Assembly: GCF_002135315.1 (NCBI RefSeq)
Contig: NZ_NEGA01000024.1
Span: 25,736 to 57,735, forward strand
Direction of reading: 5' to 3'
From: Acinetobacter sp. ANC 3903
Lineage (GTDB): Bacteria; Pseudomonadota; Gammaproteobacteria; Pseudomonadales; Moraxellaceae
DNA: 32,000 nucleotides
Shown: positions 28,040 to 32,000 of the stretch, one piece after another
Layout of the letters: every line of letters starts with the position of its first letter
How positions within the stretch are numbered: position 1 is the stretch's first letter
Made by a program: the position numbers and the translations under genes
The notes under the pieces: generated by a model
Told to the model about the DNA's origin: nothing
The model's input: the letters and a program-made list of their open reading frames with translations, nothing else
Databases searched by the model: none

Positions 28040-28136
28040 TTTATACCCCTTTTGTTCGATCTCCCCACGCGCACACTAAGCAGGAATCACAGGCTCATCC
28101 CGCCCAGCGCGCGCGCATAGCGATCCCACAAATGTG

Positions 28137-28415
28137 TTAAGACTTCCCTACCCAAATACGCGCACACTTGATAAATATGACAAGCTGTATCGTGGATAGA
28201 ATCATTGATAAACATAGGTCAAGCGTTAAAAGCTTAGAGAATGAAAGTGCAAGTTCAGGAAGATTATCTAAGGAATTTTGAGCTTCAATAATTAATCCAT
28301 CTAAAATATCTTTGACCCAGTTATAAGTAACTAAAGTCAGACCCGCACCCATAAGAATACGAGCAATAACACTAGAAATTAATGAAGTTAAAACAAGGGC
28401 CAACAACTTAGACAT
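28137..28415 (-). CDS. pVI-like minor coat/membrane protein
   Basis: 92 aa, strongly hydrophobic with several TM segments. Located between the pIII-like and pI-like genes, as in Ff-type and other inoviruses. Its start is 1 nt after the pIII-like stop. Confidence 0.65.
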   Translation of the reverse strand: MSKLLALVLTSLISSVIARILMGAGLTLVTYNWVKDILDGLIIEAQNSLDNLPELALSFSKLLTLDLCLSMILSTIQLVIFIKCARIWVGKS

Positions 28416-28416
28416 A

Positions 28417-29727
28417 TCAGACCCTCAATAAAATAAAGCCGCAGAAAACTAAAGTCATAAGCTGAAAAACATATTTAAGAGGCTCAATCGTGTTACAGAT
28501 CGGCTGCATTTGAACGGCTTTATTTACTTGAATACCGAAAGGCAAATCTTGTACATCAAATATAATATCAGCAGGACACGCCCTAACATTGGCTGTAATA
28601 AGATCTTTTTTAATTTCCTGTTTATCAAGCTCTTTTTCCGGAACATCAATAGGTTCAGGGGTTTCTGGAGGCTCTTTAGTCCAATCAAACCATTCCTTAA
28701 CTTTTGTAAAGAAAGATTCATTTTGTTTTAAATCAGTTTTTTGATTTTCTTTAATTTCTATGTTGTCTTGTTTTTGAACTTTAAAAAAATCACAAACAGA
28801 AGGTGCCCAAGTACAAAAATTAGGTAAAGTAAATTTACTACCTGCATCTGGTTTTGATGGATCATAAGTATCCGGTATACCATCACCATTTGTATCAGAA
28901 TTGGGATTTGGCGTTGTAGAACCATTAGGCTCAGTGCCAGGTTGAGGAGTAGCAGAATCTAAAGCAGCAGCTGTTTTTGCTTTTGGAGCACTTTCAGGGA
29001 TAGGACTATTTGGATCGTAAATATCAGTAATAACAGAAGGCAATGGAGACTTATTTTGACCTTCACCTAAAATTTCATTACCGAGTTCTGTATCAGACAA
29101 AAGTTCATACTCTTTAGGCTTAGGAGCATAAAGTGGGTTTGGCTCACTATAAATATCTTGATAAGTATTATTGCCATATTTAATATTATAGCCAAAACAT
29201 CTCATTGATTTTGCGCCAGTAATCGTACAAGAAGTAAATTTAATTTTATTATTAACATTACCAAACTGACTATTATTTAAATCAGATGAAAATTTAGTTA
29301 AAGCACCAGGACAATCAGAAACGGTATAACAAGTAACTGAAAAACCATTATTTGAAAGAATATAACGATTGGAATATTGAGTAGGATCAGCAGGATCTAC
29401 AGGCTTTTCTCTTTTAATAACTTGAGAACCCTCATCAATAAGCCAGCCCAAACCCTCAAGCATTACAGTAACAGATGTAAAAGCGGCAACACCAAAAATA
29501 CCAGCCCTAGCAGCAGAACCCAATTCAGAAGCAGCAACAGGCACACGAGCTTTATAAATAGGATCATTTGCAGCAGTAGCACCAACTTTTCGTGCAGTTA
29601 ATTCAACATTTTTAGAAGCTGAATCATAGACTTTTTCTACAATTTCCCACTTTTCAGCGGCACCTGCATATAATTCAGTAATAGAGAAAAGAAACAAAAA
29701 GGATAATAAAATAGAAATTCTCATCAT
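28417..29727 (-). CDS. pIII-like adsorption/minor coat protein
   Basis: 436 aa. Signal peptide MMRISILLSFLFLFSITELYAGA. Pro/Thr/Gly/Asn/Asp-rich linker (TPQPGTEPNGSTTPNPNSDTNGDGIPDTYDPSKPDAG). C-terminal membrane anchor LMTLVFCGFILLRV. Confidence 0.75.
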   Translation of the reverse strand: MMRISILLSFLFLFSITELYAGAAEKWEIVEKVYDSASKNVELTARKVGATAANDPIYKARVPVAASELGSAARAGIFGVAAFTSVTVMLEGLGWLIDEGSQVIKREKPVDPADPTQYSNRYILSNNGFSVTCYTVSDCPGALTKFSSDLNNSQFGNVNNKIKFTSCTITGAKSMRCFGYNIKYGNNTYQDIYSEPNPLYAPKPKEYELLSDTELGNEILGEGQNKSPLPSVITDIYDPNSPIPESAPKAKTAAALDSATPQPGTEPNGSTTPNPNSDTNGDGIPDTYDPSKPDAGSKFTLPNFCTWAPSVCDFFKVQKQDNIEIKENQKTDLKQNESFFTKVKEWFDWTKEPPETPEPIDVPEKELDKQEIKKDLITANVRACPADIIFDVQDLPFGIQVNKAVQMQPICNTIEPLKYVFQLMTLVFCGFILLRV

Positions 29728-29828
29728 TTTAAAATCCTATAGAGAGCGACGCAGATCACGACGAGAATGAAATAATTTAAAAAAGACTCAACTGACATGA
29801 TCTGCACCTAAAACACTTATGGAAAGGA

Positions 29829-30107
29829 TTATTTCTTTTTAATTACAGAAACAACCAAACCAAAAATAACGATACCCACAACAATAGTAAGCACCCAAAT
29901 ACCAGTAGAACTTAGAACTTCTTCACCACCCGCAGCCGTAGTTGCTGTTGTGACATCAGCAGCTTTAATAAAAGCGTTAGAAGAAGTTGAAACAGCTAGA
30001 GCGATAGTCGCACCAGCAGCAGCACCCATTTTGTATTTGAAACGCTGAAACCATGATTTTTCATGAATCTCTTGAGTTTCAATTTTTTCTACATTTTGTA
30101 ATCCCAT
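29829..30107 (-). CDS. pVIII-like major coat protein precursor
   Basis: Strong RBS AAGGAG 7 nt upstream of the ATG at 30107. Internal hydrophobic leader ending ...STSSNAF. The predicted mature part has an acidic/Thr-Ala-rich N-terminus, hydrophobic core IWVLTIVVGIVIFGLVV and basic tail SVIKKK. Confidence 0.75.
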   Translation of the reverse strand: MGLQNVEKIETQEIHEKSWFQRFKYKMGAAAGATIALAVSTSSNAFIKAADVTTATTAAGGEEVLSSTGIWVLTIVVGIVIFGLVVSVIKKK

Positions 30108-30130
30108 AGGATTCTCCTTTTTAAGTTAAG

Positions 30131-30316
30131 TTAGCGTGCTTTTTTTACTATCTGGAGAACACGCGTAATTATGAAAACTCCAGCAAACATTTTTAGAACA
30201 TACTTAATGAGTTCATCTCTGGCCTCATCAGTAAGTTCTGGAAGAAATGGAGTGAAAAGAACCCACTGATCACACGCCTGAGTTGCAGCATTAACGACTT
30301 CACAAACGTATGCCAT
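30131..30316 (-). CDS. Small phage protein (61 aa) with hydrophobic C-terminal segment
   Basis: Lies between the pV-like and pVIII-like genes, where inoviruses encode small virion or assembly proteins. The overlapping track ORF 30193..30399 is rejected. Confidence 0.5.
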   Translation of the reverse strand: MAYVCEVVNAATQACDQWVLFTPFLPELTDEARDELIKYVLKMFAGVFIITRVLQIVKKAR

Positions 30317-30328
30317 TTCTTAAAATCC

Positions 30329-30631
30329 TTAACTAGCTGACTTTGGCTGAACCTTTTCAGGCACCAAATCAACAAGAAGTGTTTTTGAATCAACGCCATT
30401 GTTTACGACATTAAAGATCGCTCTAGCTTTAAATGGCGGTTCAAATTTTTCAATGAGGTCATAATTCGAAGAAAGCCCCCAAGTGTATTGAGTGCTGACA
30501 ATGCCCTTAGAACGCTCACCAGATTGCATATCAGTTTCAATATAGACCTTGGTTGAATCGTAAGGCTTTCCGTTCATTTCACCCTTAGAGGCTTTAAAAG
30601 CGGTAACTACAACATCAGATTGCATTAGCAT
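30329..30631 (-). CDS. pV-like ssDNA-binding protein
   Basis: Lies immediately downstream of rep. Start chosen at ATG 30631 (AGGA 8 nt upstream); the track extends to 30664. NGKPYDS and the C-terminal LVDLVPEK resemble the f1 gene V blocks QGKPYS and LRLVPAK. Confidence 0.6.
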   Translation of the reverse strand: MLMQSDVVVTAFKASKGEMNGKPYDSTKVYIETDMQSGERSKGIVSTQYTWGLSSNYDLIEKFEPPFKARAIFNVVNNGVDSKTLLVDLVPEKVQPKSAS

Positions 30632-32000
30632 GAGTAAATTCCTTATATGAGGAGTTATTGACACCAGCCACGCCTACAAATAAAGGCATTTCATCGAGAG
30701 AACTTGTTGGTTTACAAGCATCAAGCGAAGATTTAATTGGCTGTTTTAAACGGATTGACTGCATCACAGCAGCATGAGAAAACTTGAGACGCTTCGGCAC
30801 TTCATCTTTTGGGGATGAAAGCATTGCGATTAATGCATCAGACTCAATAACTTTTGAGTATTGACGGATATATTTTCCGAATTGTTCACGGACAATTTCG
30901 ATTGAACAATCCCAGTTAATTTGAGACGTTTTTTTAACAACTTGAGTCTTTTCAGGCGTTACAAAGTCTTTTTCTAATTGCTTGGCAAGCCATTCAAAAC
31001 AAGGATATGCACCCAAAAAGTACTGTGAAGGAGACAGCAGAATATCAAGCGGAATATAACGATCCTTAGATTTAAACTCGACTTCTGCACGTGTCCAAGG
31101 ACTTAAAGGACTGCCCTCCTTTTTGCCACGTTCATAGAAACGGCAATACTTGCCACTAGTACGATCACCAACACAGAATGAACGACCCTTACCATTTGGA
31201 CGCTTCCAAGCACCCGGCTTTTCAATTTTCGGAGCACGACCACCACACCAGAAACCGTCAAGATCATCCCAGTGATCGGCAATATCTACAGATATATACT
31301 TGCCTTCAAAGTCATCATAAGCCAAGTCACAGCGGGTAATTTTTGGATTAACACAACCCTTAACTATTTCAATGCCAGTTGAAGAATCAAAGAAACGCTC
31401 ATAAGAAGTAAGCCATTTGTATAAACGGAGCTGCCAGCCTTTACGGGCCAAAGCACAGCCCGAACCGTTGATTTGTACAGATATTTTCTTAGAGCTATGG
31501 CCGTAAAGCACCATGCCGAGCATGTCTTGAAGTTCATATGCAAACTTGTAGTTATGCATACCACGATCACGTTTTTTTTCTAAGCCAAAGCCAAAAATCT
31601 CATAAAGATGGTGATCTAAGAAAGTTTCAATGCCGTAGGTTAATGAAGATTCGGCATTATCAGGATCAATAGAAAAATATTCTTTGCCTAGGGTAGATTG
31701 GCAAAAGCTAAAAGTTAGCCAGTCATGTGAAGCAATACCGTATTCATCACAAGGAACTGAATGCAGAATTGGCACATTGCCCTTTTCTGTTAGAACCATT
31801 TTTACGTTGTCGAGCTTCCGCGGGAAGGTGAACTCATCGCACTTCAGGCGAGGATCAACTGCCGTAACCCCCATATTATAAATGGGGGTGGAAAAATCAG
31901 TCAGGAGACTCGATTCAGGACTGAAGAAGTGTTGATTTAGGGTACTTTCCCCCGTGTTTTCACGGGTAATGGTGCTTTTTTGATCATTCTTATTTTTCAT
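30615..32000 (-). CDS. Rolling-circle replication initiation protein (filamentous-phage pII / replication-initiation-factor type)
   Basis: 461 aa. Blocks RCDLAYDDFEG and CRFYERGKKEG...WTRAEVEFKSKD resemble Rep_trans-type initiators. First gene of the phage operon. Its ATG is the last triplet of the window (31998-32000); the duplicated copy at 24690 shows an in-frame TAA 5 codons upstream. Confidence 0.8.
   Translation of the reverse strand: MKNKNDQKSTITRENTGESTLNQHFFSPESSLLTDFSTPIYNMGVTAVDPRLKCDEFTFPRKLDNVKMVLTEKGNVPILHSVPCDEYGIASHDWLTFSFCQSTLGKEYFSIDPDNAESSLTYGIETFLDHHLYEIFGFGLEKKRDRGMHNYKFAYELQDMLGMVLYGHSSKKISVQINGSGCALARKGWQLRLYKWLTSYERFFDSSTGIEIVKGCVNPKITRCDLAYDDFEGKYISVDIADHWDDLDGFWCGGRAPKIEKPGAWKRPNGKGRSFCVGDRTSGKYCRFYERGKKEGSPLSPWTRAEVEFKSKDRYIPLDILLSPSQYFLGAYPCFEWLAKQLEKDFVTPEKTQVVKKTSQINWDCSIEIVREQFGKYIRQYSKVIESDALIAMLSSPKDEVPKRLKFSHAAVMQSIRLKQPIKSSLDACKPTSSLDEMPLFVGVAGVNNSSYKEFTHANAI
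31867..31889 (-). other. Perfect 8-bp stem / 7-nt loop hairpin inside rep codons 38-45 (candidate plus-strand origin or nick site)
   Basis: ACCCCCAT-ATTATAA-ATGGGGGT. The mini-element deletion junction maps to the loop hexamer TTATAA. Confidence 0.5.

Larger units (their letters stand above)
25662..32000 (-). mobile_element. Filamentous (Inoviridae-like) prophage, full-length copy, continuing beyond the right edge
   Basis: Canonical inovirus gene order on the minus strand: rep, pV-like, small ORF, pVIII-like, pIII-like, pVI-like, Zot/pI, then an intergenic region with hairpins and a dif-like attP. No integrase. Confidence 0.85.

Noticed and set aside
28510-29601. ORFs 28510..28731 (+), 28524..28721 (-) and 29377..29601 (+) inside the pIII-like gene
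   Set aside because: They are antisense or out of frame within a gene that has a signal peptide, linker and membrane anchor. They are shadow ORFs.
29728-29828. Possible terminator between the pVIII-like and pIII-like genes (GCAGATCA ... TGATCTGC)
   Set aside because: The 8-bp arms are separated by roughly 40 nt and are not followed by a clear T-run. This is too weak to call, although a post-gene-VIII terminator is expected in inoviruses.
30193-30399. ORF 30193..30399 (minus, 68 aa)
   Set aside because: It overlaps both the 61-aa ORF and the 3' end of the pV-like gene in another frame. The compact non-overlapping arrangement is more plausible.
31364-31881. ORFs 31364..31570 (-) and 31684..31881 (+) within rep
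   Set aside because: They are embedded in the rep coding sequence in other frames or on the other strand, with no support.

Overview
AT-rich, Acinetobacter-type chromosomal segment in three parts. (1) 1-17.6 kb is the main type VI secretion (T6SS) cluster, organised divergently. On the minus strand are tssA (partial, missed by the ORF track) and clpV/tssH. On the plus strand are a secreted AsaA/TslA-position protein, tssB, tssC, hcp, tssE, tssF, tssG, a 2-TM AsaB-position protein, tssM, tagF and an OmpA-type TagN-like protein. No tssJ, vgrG, PAAR or effector gene lies in the window. (2) 17.6-24.1 kb holds an amidase-signature enzyme, a MocR/GntR-aminotransferase regulator and orphan ORFs in very AT-rich DNA. 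It also holds an intact IS982-family insertion sequence with a 6-bp target duplication. (3) From 24,142 to the right edge, a canonical XerC/XerD dif site (ATTTCGTATAA-TATATA-TTATGTTAAAT) is followed by a tandem array of two related elements. The first is a 1,503-bp mini-element with attP, a structured intergenic region, a 48-codon Rep stub and a small divergent regulatory module. The second is a full-length filamentous (Inovirus-like) prophage: rolling-circle Rep, pV-like ssDNA-binding protein, pVIII-like coat, pIII-like adsorption protein, pVI-like protein and Zot/pI, with no integrase and no secretin. The two share an identical 415-bp repeat that starts inside the dif-like site. The mini-element's deletion junction falls in the loop of a perfect hairpin inside the rep coding sequence. 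This dif-borne phage plus mini-phage array is the most interesting content of the window.
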